From contig OX597815.1 of NCBI GenBank assembly GCA_951406725.2, forward strand, positions 123,256,001-123,320,000: a stretch of DNA of 64,000 nt, in the 5' to 3' direction. This document shows positions 53,270 through 64,000 of this stretch, in pieces. The DNA is from Octopus vulgaris (Eukaryota). The notes under the pieces are model-generated. The model ran no database searches, was not told where the DNA came from, and saw only the letters and a program-made list of their open reading frames with translations. The first letter of the stretch is position 1; each line of letters begins with the position of its first letter. The position numbers and the translations under genes are program-made.

Positions 53270-54355
53270 GTATCACTAGGGAGAAGCATATTAAAAATTC
53301 TGAAGGTACACATGCTATTGTTTCTGATGATCAGAAAGAAGCAAAGATCTGCTATGATGAGATGCTGTTAAATCTAGAGAATGCATGGGATAAAGAGGGA
53401 ATGCCTCATGCTGACCCTCAGAACGACCAACAGTTCACATTGACTATAGTGTGTTAGACAATGAATAAGAACATGAAAGTAAAGAAAGCTACTTGCTTAT
53501 CATTGATAGTTGCTGAGATACTCAAAATAGGATTCATAATCAGCTGCATAGTTAATCAAGTAATACAGGAAGGCATCTTAGCCAATGACTGGTGTAGCAG
53601 TATCATTACAAACTGCTACAAGGGCAAAGGAGATGTCTTTTAGAAAAGAAATTATAGAGACATCAAATTGGAGGACCATGGAGAGTCATAGCACTAATGT
53701 TCTTCAATGAAGTTATCTATTGAACAACATAATAAATATGATGCTGTTTGGTTTTGTGCCCTGAAGAAGCTACTACAGATGTAATCATCTTCATGAGACG
53801 AGTGCAAGAGAAATACTTAGCTAAAAGTAAGTTGCTATAGTTGGTATTTGTAGATGTAGGTTCCATGTTTGGTAATCTGATAGCCCCTATGGAAACTGAT
53901 TGTTAACCATGAGTTCAGCTATAAACTTAGCTGGCAATGAAGATCATTTCCCTCAAATCTAAGGGTGTGATGCTTATGTTAGAATTGTTATGCTGGATAA
54001 TAGTGAAATATGGGCCTTGAATACAAAATGCTTGTAAAGATTAAGTTTGTGTGCATGAATACTAAAGCAGAAACGAGTTGAGAGGAAAACTAAGTAAGGG
54101 AGGAATTAGGTGTAATGTGCAAGAGAGAAAACAGCATTTGTATGAGAATATGATGCATATGGAAGATAGATAATGCATGAGGAAGTGCCAAGCACTCCAA
54201 ATTAGAGGAACTTGCTGAAGAGAGAAACCAAGGAAGACATGGGACAAGTTGGTGAAAGTTGCAACATCTCATGGAGGAGATGACAAATTACTGCTGATTG
54301 GTGATATATGATGCTGCAGAAGACCAGTCTGCCCATGGCAAAACCTGCCCTGACG
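53270..54355 (+). mobile_element. Decayed RTE-type LINE (RT region with internal deletions)
   Basis: IVAEILK...IVNQVIQEGILANDWCSSIITNCYKGKGD, NYRDIKL, FGFVP and C-terminal KPRKTWDKLV motifs. Confidence 0.85.
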
Positions 54356-55476
54356 CAAAAAATAGTATTTAGAAACTGATATATTTTTGTTATTCACTGA
54401 CCTTTCATTCTCACCCCATCTCATCTCATCTCTCTCTCTCTCTCTTTCTCTCTCTTTATATCGAAGTGTGTGTGTGTGTGTGTACATATACACACACATA
54501 AGCATACACACTGTTCTTCTGTCCCCAGGGCCCACCCTGACACCTCGTCTCCACCAACTTTATTTCTCCTTCCAACTCCATACTGATAATCCACTCTTGT
54601 ATAATATGAGCAGCCATTTACTTCTTATCCAGCAAGAATACTCTAACTTTTCATCACTGAGTGTAAAAGCTGCCTTTCTCTCTACCGTAGCTCTACTTAC
54701 CTGATAGAGATCTTAGTTTTGCAATTTACATGGCGTCTTCACTAGGGCTGGTACCACAAATAAAAAAAAAACCCAGTACACTCTTTAAAATGGTTGGTGT
54801 TAGGAAGGGCATCCAGCCATAGAAACCATGCCAAAGCAGGCCATGGAGTCAGGAACATTGAAGCAAACATAATGAGCCTGTAACATTGGCAGGGCAGTCG
54901 AATTACTTTGCTCCAGCATTGCAGCACATTGGTGCTGCGTTCCACCACTCTTGAAAGCTAACGGCAGAGGAATACACATGACAACTTCCACCCAGAGTAA
55001 TAGCATGCGCTTTTCAAAGGTGTTTTATCCAGTTACTGTCTAAATGTCAGAACATTAACATCTGGTTCCCTTTCGTAGCTGCTTTGCTTTATCCCATTCA
55101 TATGTAGGCACTAATCTATTAACAAGCTTGTGGCTTGTCTAGCTCGACACACTATGGGATTTCTACCTCACCTCACTACCACTTCAAAATTTATTGGATA
55201 TTTTAGATTTGCAGCCAAGTACTGGAGCTAACTACCTTGATGTGCATTAAGGAATTAACCCATGCCTCCTACACCCTAGTGTCTTGTACACTTATCTCTG
55301 TTGTGCTACCTACTTCATGTGTGAGCAAGGAATAAATTATGTTTGTTAACCAAAAGCATACCTCCTGATTTTTAGTGTTACCTTTATGTAAAACATGCAT
55401 TTATACATTCAAACCTTCTTATGTGCACACATCTAAATATACTTCCTAAACTGGTAAAGCCCAACTCTTAATTTAC

Positions 55477-55492
55477 CTCTTGTTACAAGCCA
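55477..55492 (-). CDS. Candidate 16-nt microexon TGGCTTGTAACAAGAG
   Basis: Preceded by a long pyrimidine tract ending in aag and followed by GAG|gtaaat. The AAG acceptor is weaker than YAG. Confidence 0.3.
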
Positions 55493-55777
55493 CTTATGGA
55501 TGGAAAAAGAAAAGGAAAAAAATACTATTAACAGGTTCATGACACTTAAAGTAATTCTATGGATTTTAAAGGCTCATAATTCTTATGAGTTTGGGGAGAA
55601 TTGCTTTAGTGCTTTCAAATTATTCACTTTGGGGATATTAGATCCAAGATTTTAATCAGTTGCCTAGTTAAAATATAATGATAATTCTGTTCCTATTGCC
55701 AATTAATATTCAATAACTCATTGAACAAATCTCAACACAAGAAAATTAATTTAAAACTATTTTTAGTAGCTACTTAC

Positions 55778-55864
55778 TCTCAGTTGAACAATTCACAGAT
55801 TTTGCTAGTTTTCCATTGAGATGGTCTTCCAAAACAGTTGGAGATGAATAAAAACAGCTCGATA
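55778..55864 (-). CDS. Orphan secreted glycoprotein, candidate exon (87 nt) VSSCFYSSPTVLEDHLNGKLAKSVNCSTE
   Basis: gttag|TA...AGA|gtaagt. Only the phase-1 frame is open, which matches the upstream donor. Confidence 0.55.
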
Positions 55865-57718
55865 CTAACAATATTTTGTGAAGTATTTAATTAAGAAAAA
55901 CATTAAGAAATTTCTGTTGCAATCTTAATGTATTCCTTTTACAAAGACCTACTTATAGCCAATGTAGGATTTAAACATGGGAAGACTCTAAGACATATTG
56001 TATAAAGCCTTATATACACAAGAAGGTCCTTTCCATTATTTTGAGACCTCTGTGAATTGTGAAACCTTATGCTGTCCAGATGTCTTGCATTCTTGTTCCA
56101 TTTTGTATTTTATATATATAGATATATATATAGAGAGAGATAGAGAGAGAATGAAAAATATGAATAGAGTTGTTTTTGTTCAAACTATGCTACATATATT
56201 TAGACAGCATGTCTATTTATTTGTTCACAATGTATTACATAATGATATTATATAATGTAAATTACATAACCAAACCATTTCTTGAGGCATCTTGAACAGT
56301 TGACAGTTAAAATTGGTTTGTATGTGTATCTATTCTTTTATTCTTTTACTTGTTTCAGTCATTTGACTGTGGCCATGCTGGAGCACTGCCTTTAGTTGAA
56401 CAAATCGACCCCAGGATTTAATGTCAGCTACTCTGCTGGCATGGGCTGGCTGGTTCGACAGGACCTGATGGGCTGGAGAACTATGTCATGCTCCAATGTT
56501 TACTTAGCATGATTTCTATAGCTGGAATCACTTCATAATGCCAACCATTTTACAGAGTGGACTGGGTGCTTTTTCTTTTGTGACATTAGCACTAGTGAAG
56601 ATTGTTTCAGGTTAAGGTGCCTGAAATGTTTTCTACAGCTGAGGGAGAATAAAGGAGAGAGCATGCAATGATTCTAAGTAGGGGAGGTAAGTGAGAGGAG
56701 AGGACCAGATTTATAGTTACAATTGGATGGCTGTGGAGGGAGTGACAGTAAGCATTAAGTAGTTAGTATGACAAAGAACAAGGGAGAGTGAAGGGATCAG
56801 TGTCAAGGGTTATTAAGAAAAATGGGAGGACAGAGTAGGAAAGTGATAGAGTGAATTGTTAGGTGGGGGAAAGAGGAAATGGAGGATGTAATAGATTAGG
56901 GTGGAGAGGAATTCTAAGAGAGTCATGCTCTCTAGGTTCATATTAATTTCTTTTATTTGTGGAAGGTCATAAATTTGTCAGGAAGGATTTTAATTGAGTA
57001 GACCTTGTATGGTAAATATCTATTAATCCTTTCAAAGAAAGGCAAATTCAACAGTTGTTATGTTTGTTAGATTAAATGATTTTGTATGTGAGTTTAATAT
57101 TTTTGTCATTATCATATCTATTTAACTTTAGCATAAGTTATTATTTTGGCTCAAAGACACAAATTTTGGAAGAAGATTGCAGTCAATCTGATTGATCCAA
57201 TATTTGACTGCTTTTGTTTTTTTTTTTTCAATATCAATCTTAGAAAGAAAATAAAGTTAACCATATTAAGGTTTGAATTTAGCAATAAAAAGCAACTAAA
57301 GGCCATTAGATATTCAGTTTAACTTTCTACAGTTTCTACAAACCACTGTTTTCTGCTTTAGTGATTGTATAAAATACCTTATAATGTTTTGCTATATTTC
57401 TTTATATTCTGAGTTCAGATTTGGGGGGGATTTTATAAGGATTATTTTTGCACTTCATCTTGGGATCAATTTAATGGATTATTATTACTTCTTCCATACA
57501 AATTTCTGATTCCATCTCAGAATTAGAAATAATGATTTTGAGAAAATAATAATTTTAATTTAGACTTCTTTAACAGAACAATAAAGAATAATTTACTGGC
57601 AATGTACACTGATATACTCCAATGTTGTTTTGGTTCAATGCAGCAATAACAAATCTAAAGACTAAAAGAAAAAATGCAGAATAAATTATGAATTTCTTTC
57701 AAAATCTTTCATACATAC

Positions 57719-58999
57719 CAAGGGAAACATTGCCTGTAGCTGCTTTGGAAATATTATTTTTCTTCATCAATGTTGGATTGTTTGCTTGGGTAGTTATTTC
57801 AAGAGACAATATTTCCCTTAAAGTCAGACTCACCAAATTCAAGTTACTCATGAGAGGAGAACTCATATTATGTTTGGCCACAGTGGTATTTGTTGAAAAA
57901 TTGGTCCCATTCTTTGTACCATTGTCTCTTTCTGCATTAGTCTTATTTGACACTGTTGCATTTGCCTTGTTGTTCTTATATTTAGTTTCATCAGCAGCAG
58001 AAGGGTTGGAAATTTCAGCTGTACTCCTGACTGCATACTGCGAACCATTTACGTTTTTGATCTTACTTTTTGTGTTTGGTGTGACAGCTTCAGCACTATC
58101 ATTTTGCACAGTAGTACCATTTATAGTTTGTTGATCATTGTTTATAGTTTCATTAGTAGCAGTCTTGTTTGGCATGTCACCCCTCTTGCTGATGTTTGTT
58201 AATTCTTCCTGGAAACTTTCTGCTTCAAGTGCTACAAAGTTTTTGACTGTGGATGATTCTGGAAGATTATCAAGGTTTTTGTCAGTGTCATTTGTATGTT
58301 GGGTCATTGAAATATTTTGCCCTTGGCCTGTACTGGTAGAGTTAGGACCCTTTTCTACATTTTCTCCATTGGCAATATTTGAATCATTCACTGTTCTTAT
58401 TTCCCTTGTTATTTTTCCATCTGAAGAACTGACATTTTTCATAGTTGTTTCTTCACTATTTCTTACTGCTGTGCCATTTTCTCTTGTTGTATTTCCCCTA
58501 GTTGACATATTCACCTGGTTATCTGATTTACTTTCAGTTTCCTTTTTACTAAAACTTGAAGTAACATTGCTAGATGCATTAACAAGTTGATGATCTCCAG
58601 TTTTTACACTACTATTTAAAATTTCTGTTGTGTTATTGTTTATGTGTTGGATTGAGTTACTTGATGTATTTACAGCTGTATCATTTGTAACTTCTAAATT
58701 ATTTCCAGTAGAAACATTGCTTTCTGGAGCTTTGTCTTCAGTCTCAAAATTGAAATGTTGGGTATCTGTCACAGGACTCACATTTGTATCATTAGAAACA
58801 GTGGAGTTTTTACAGTAATTGACAGTTTTGTTTGAGTTTGAAACAGAGCTATTGCTTGAGCCATCAGCTTGCACCACAGAGTTATTAGATTGCTGGATAT
58901 TTTTTTCTTGTAATGTAATCTTTGAAGAGTCATTCTGAGCTGCCTTGGATGATGGTTGATTTTGAATAATTATCATATTTAAAGTAGCATTTTCTGAGG
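57719..58999 (-). CDS. Orphan secreted glycoprotein, 1281-nt Asn/Ser/Thr-rich exon
   Basis: ttttcag|CC acceptor; contains the 425-aa ORF 57699-58976; TTG|gtatgt donor; phase 1-1. Confidence 0.8.
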
Positions 59000-59951
59000 C
59001 TGAAAATAAAAATTATAGAATTTAAAACTGTAAGCAGCAATCATAATGAAATGTTAATTAATGGAATAGTCAAGAACTCTGGTGAATTTAGAAAGCTAAG
59101 TGGCAACAGTAATAATATTTGTTTTATGTGAAATCATTTGTTTCTACTGTTCTATTTATAAAATATTTTGAAGCATTAAATTTCGTGTTTCTGAGGCAAG
59201 GGATTCCTGTCACTGTACCAGCAATATCTATAAGTTTAATGTAAGGAAATAGTTGAAATCATTTATATGTTCAATGTAATGAAATATATAAATGAAACAA
59301 ACATGGTCATGGGGTTAAGAAGTTTGCTTCTCAATCATGCAGCTTTAGGTTCAGTCCTAGTGTGCCACACCTTTTGCAAGTGTCTTCTACTATATCCTCA
59401 GACTGACCAATGCCTTGCAAGGGAATTTGATAGACAGAAACTGAAAAAAGCCCATTATGTGTGTGCGTGTGTGTGTGTATACATGTGCATGTGTATGTGT
59501 GCACATGCATGTATCAATGTTTACAAAACTACACGGAGCCATGGCTATGAATAATAACATTACCATTTGTGTTTGGATTGCAAATGGTGATGTTTGTTGG
59601 CATTTCCAATCAACAAATTGTCTGCTAGCTCTGCTTCCAAAAAGAAATACTTCAATTGCTATAAGGATTGGGATTGAAAGTGCATTTGGTCATAAAAATC
59701 CTGCCTCTATTTCCTCTGTCTAAGCCATGCCAGTATGGTCATTAAATGAAACAAACAAATAAGTAAATGAATGAAATCCTTTAACACTAAATTTTCTGTT
59801 CTGATTTTGTTAAAAGGGGGGAAAAAAAGAGCAACAAAAAAACTTTGATTTTTGTCATAAGATTCAGTTCACAATATCAGAGTGTGTGAAGCCTGTACAA
59901 GAAGTAAGAAGTTTGTTGTTGCATAGTTGTAATATTGAAAGAAGACTTTTA

Positions 59952-60190
59952 AGGTGGTGAGCTGGTAGAAACGTTAGCACACCAGGCAAAATGCTTAGAG
60001 GTATTTCATCTGCCAGTATTTTGTTCTGAGCTCAAATTCCACCGAGGTCGACTTTGCCTTTCATCCTTTCAGAGTTGATTAAATAAGTCCCAGTCATGCA
60101 CTGGGGTCGATGTAATCAACTTAATCCCTTTGTCTGATCTTATTTGTCCCCTCTATGTTTATCCCCTGCGGGCAATAAAGAAATAAATAA
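59952..60190 (+). mobile_element. Near full-length SINE (family A) with TSD
   Basis: tRNA-like head (GGTGAGCTGG...TCAAATTCC), core GTCGACTTTGCCTTTCATCCTTT, A-rich tail; TGAAAGAAGA direct repeat at 59936-59945 and 60191-60200. Other copies at about 8340-8484, 16010-16500, 19030-19240, 30000-30200, 48060-48275 and 50970-51180. Confidence 0.85.
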
Positions 60191-60689
60191 TGAAAGAAGA
60201 TCATCTACAGAGAATTGAAAGAAAGAAATCATGTATGAGGCATCAAATATACAAATTTGAGCTAGAAGTTAAATACAAGTTCTCAGGAGATAGACTGAGA
60301 AGGAAAGTTTTTAAGTAATGTGAACAGAATTTGTTGCTGTACTTGTCTGGATATATAATGAAAATATACTACACCTTAGTGAAAAAGAATTAGGCTAAAC
60401 CTAGGACATGGAAAGGAGTGAAAAACTTGGGTGTCTGACTTTGTCACAGAATTACTTCTGGCCTTCAATCTCAGGCTTAAAAATATCTAAATGTTCACCT
60501 ACAGTGCATTGATAACTTTTAAGAAACAACTATGTATAATTACTTGCATTAACTGGTGATTAAAATTCTTAGATTTAGTTAAAATTTTATGGAAAGCCAA
60601 ATTGCTGGTCCTTGACTGAAAAAAATAAATAAATTCACCAACTGAAAACTCTTCTACTATAAATGGAAATTGCTCTGATGAATACTTAC

Positions 60690-60821
60690 AGTCCTTGGTG
60701 CACATAAGATAAGGGACATTTCCATCATTGTCATCAACACATTTACAGTTGTAGGGAGAGCCATTAAATGACAATGTTTTGTTTTGTTGGGTTAGTATAG
60801 AAACATTCTTGTAGTAACAAT
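60690..60821 (-). CDS. Orphan secreted glycoprotein, 4-Cys module exon (132 nt)
   Basis: ttgcag|AT...ACT|gtaagt; NCYYKNVSILTQQNKTLSFNGSPYNCKCVDDNDGNVPYLMCTKD; phase 1-1, in frame with both neighbours. Confidence 0.8.
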
Positions 60822-61929
60822 CTGCAATGGAAATTAATTTCTATTAACATATATATCTGCATAACTACTAATATAAATACCTGTATACCTACAAACCTAC
60901 CTTCCTATCACTATATTGATCTACCCAGCCAGTTATATAGCATATCCTTTATCTCTCTCTTCCTACCTTTGTATATCCTTACCTACTAAATTATGCTTCT
61001 AAATTTTTATTTACAAGCAAATAAGAATCAGAGTGCAGGGACACTAATAATGATTTGTGTTGATAAAAATCATTTAACAAAGTTCACAATATAGTTTAGT
61101 TTTAATGCCAAGGAAGGCATGAGTTCTAACATTTTGAGCAAAGCAATTTCTTCAGGAAGAGAAACATTTAAATGTTTAAGATATCACTGAGCTAATAGGT
61201 TTTACACAGTATTATCTAAAGAATGGCTTTCTTTGAAATGTAAGTACTAATATTTCCTTATGGCATATAAATTTACATATTTCTTTAACAATTTATCCAG
61301 ATTTTGATACTATTTACCAATTTATCTAGCTTCTTCTTTAACTACTTATTTGCCAACCTGTTATCTACATAAATTCATATGTATGTATCTCCATCCTTCT
61401 CTGTTTACCATCTTAACAGATGTACAATCTTATCTGGTTATGCGTCCAGGGCAAAACATTAAATGCATCTGGTGGTAAAGTCCCAGCAAGAGAGTTCAGG
61501 AGTTTCACGAAAAGTATGGAGGTGGAAAATGCGTGAGAAAAAGAGAGGTAGGCAACACCAACAATACAAGAGAGGAAGAAGGGGGGTCAGAAATGAGTAG
61601 CTAGTGCAGAACAGTAGAATAGTAATGAGGATACAGCAGACAGGAGAAGGACGAGAGTGATGATAAGTTGTTGGGCAGGTCACAGGAATGAGTGGGTAAG
61701 AGTAAGTAGTCAATACAGTATTGGAGCAAAAATTGTTTTTAGTTCTTCACACTCTAAAAGCCTTGATACTTGTAAAAAGTTCAGTTTGATATATTCATTA
61801 TACCAGGGGAAAAAATGGTAACAAAGAAAGAAAATTATATCTCAAATCAATTTATAAACAGACTGAAAAACTTAGTTGTAAATTTTTGCTGATAGCATAG
61901 AAATGTTATAAATTTAGAATCTTACTTAC

Positions 61930-61990
61930 TTTTTTCAGCAGAGCAAATTGACAGCAATAAGATGAAAATAATTTGAAAAGTAGTTTCCAT
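61930..61990 (-). CDS. Orphan secreted glycoprotein, signal-peptide exon METTFQIIFILLLSICSA-EK
   Basis: ATG in AGGATGG context just below a ttattag acceptor. Hydrophobic core followed by a C-S-A cleavage-type site. AAA|gtaagt donor, phase 1. Confidence 0.8.
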
Positions 61991-63709
61991 CCTGTTCTAA
62001 TAAATAAAATGAAATGTCAATTGATGATATCTGTTAAAGAAAAACAAAATACATTGAAATACAATTTAAATGGCTTTTGCCTGTGATGTATCTAGAAAGT
62101 AGATGAGATGAAGGAGTGACAGTCTACAGATGATGGACTGTATTTAGTGGTTACTACACAATACAGCTGACAAGAAGAGGAGAAGAAACAAGTTAGAGGA
62201 GGTCTAAGTAGAAGTGACACGAGACCAGCTAGTCCCAAAGAACAGAAACCACTATAGTAGTAGTACTAGAAAAATCACAGAGAAGACACAGAACATATGT
62301 AAACCCAAGTTTGGAATGTGTTGGTGACAAGCATTCTAATAGCAATCAGTCAGTTGATATTTTTTTTCTTTTAATGCAGTCTAGAATGTGTGTGTGTGTG
62401 TGTGTGTGCGCGCACGTGTGCATGTGTGTGTGTGTGTGTGCAGCAGCAGCAATGCTCCTAATAAAGAAGTAGTATTCCATTGAGCTTTTGAATAGGATTA
62501 GTAACTGTCAGAGAACTGAAATGGTGATGGAGGTAGTACAGTAATGGCAGTGGTGTGGTATTAGTGATGGTATGGTATGGTATAAGTATGGTGTAAGAAT
62601 GGTGGAGATGTGGTACCATCAATAGAGTGCCAAACAAAATACCATACAACACATCAGTATATTGATATAAACTACCTTTAGTTTCTTTCAGATGTTTTGC
62701 AGCTTACTACTTGGGAAGAGGTTATTAACCACTTTCTCAACCTTCCTTTATCTGTCCTTTTACTTGTTTCAGTCATTAAACTGTGGCCATGCTGGGACAT
62801 CACTTTGAATAATCTTTAGTTGAATGAATTCACCTCAGAACATTTTTAAAAAATTAAGTCTGGCACTTATTCCATTGATGTCAATAGCTGAACTGCTAGA
62901 TTATGGATTCTGTGTTTGTGGGGTACAAACACGGAACATGCACATGCATGCACAAGCATACACACACACCCACACACACATTTATATATACATTTATGTA
63001 GATAAACAGATTAAAATATAACTGCTTGGGTTTGATATACAAAATATACATATATGTATACATGCAAGCAGAAAGAAAGCAAAGACTGAAGGCTTTCAGA
63101 TGATGACTATTTCAATATAAATATATAGATATATATATATTAATAGATCACACTTCCACAAAGTATAAGTGACAGAGAAAATTAAAGGGGAAGAGCTAAG
63201 GTGTTATAAGTCGAACAACTGTTTCTGGGGACTTGGATATCCATCATAATATTGGTAGATGTAATTCACCATAATATGCAGACCACAATGGAAGCAAATA
63301 AACATTGGATAAATCGAGCCTCCATGATCTGGGAAGAAAAATAATCTTACATTTCAGATCATGGTGCAGAAAAGTTTGAAGGTGGAATGTTTAAATGTAG
63401 AGAGCAAGCAGTATTCAATTTTGTTATGTAGAGATCTGAGGCCCAGTGAGGACTGATCGTCTTCATCATCATCATCATTGCTTTAACATTCACTTTTCCA
63501 TGTTTGCATGGGTCAGACAGAATTGTTAAGGCAGAATTTTTGTGGCAAGATGCCCTTCCTTTTGCCAACCTCCACTTGTTTCCAAGCAAGATAATATTTT
63601 TTCTATGGTTAGGCATGTCATTGTGGAAGACTAGAAATGAGAGGCACCATGTGTATGATAGTGATGTTCATTTATAACTACCACATGATGTCAGGACAAG
63701 AACACTCAC

Positions 63710-64000
63710 AGTTATTGTCTAAGGCAAGCTCAGCTTTCAGTAGATTCCGTCAAAGACTGTTAAGAGAACATGGCATTTGCCTGACCACAAAGATAAAAAT
63801 GTACTGCGCAGTAGTGCTTACCTCTCTCCTATATGGCTGTGAAACATGAACACTCAACAAGCATTTATTAAATGGCAAGACTCATTCCATCTTTGCTGTC
63901 TTCATTGAATTTGCAACATCAAATGACAGGACAAAGTTCCCAACACAAATGTTCTTACAAGATGTGACATTCTAGAGAGCTTCCAGATCAAAGTGTAGCT
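63710..64000 (+). mobile_element. RTE-BovB-like LINE fragment
   Basis: LSKASSAFSR...TTKIKMYCAVVLTSLLYGCET(W) is a conserved post-RT motif of RTE LINEs. Confidence 0.8.

Noticed and set aside
54890-55040. Possible extra exon of the orphan gene
   Set aside because: The entry frame from the upstream phase-1 donor hits a stop after 8 codons; flanked by repeat remnants.
57688-58818. Hydrophobic + strand ORFs (148, 150 and 62 aa)
   Set aside because: Antisense shadows of the A-rich coding exon on the minus strand.
59952-60050. tRNA gene
   Set aside because: Only A/B-box-like SINE head without a cloverleaf; followed by SINE core and tail.
63340-63450. Possible 5' UTR exon of the orphan gene (minus donor near 63350) or a + strand exon
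   Set aside because: Only a single splice-like site on each strand; cannot be distinguished from chance.

Overview
AT-rich, repeat-dense animal genomic DNA. The SINE/RTE repeat types and microsatellites suggest a coleoid cephalopod such as Octopus (inference, no database used). Three genes were assembled by hand from GT-AG sites and frame continuity. (1) The 3' part of GAPVD1 on + has 11 coding exons (1167-27289) and ends in a VPS9 domain. (2) A complete DBR1 lariat debranching enzyme on - has 8 coding exons (34871-28578, 486 aa) and lies tail-to-tail with GAPVD1. Its promoter is probably in the CpG-rich zone at about 39.3-41.3 kb. (3) An unrecognised secreted protein on - (ATG 61990 to about 52.4-52.6 kb) has a signal peptide, a small 4-Cys module, a 427-codon Asn/Ser/Thr-rich exon with about 39 N-glycosylation sequons, and possibly alternative C-termini that depend on a 16-nt microexon. 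A GAPVD1 intron holds a full-length but decayed Ty3/Gypsy element (8485-13526) with LTRs, TSD, PBS and PPT. It is inserted in a SINE, is itself interrupted by an RTE LINE 3' end, and abuts a mariner remnant. The rest is SINEs, LINE/Penelope/Tc1 remnants and simple repeats. No CRISPR, rRNA or tRNA gene was seen. The best novelty candidates are the hyper-glycosylated orphan gene and a tandem pseudoknot-like motif array in the RTE 3' UTR.
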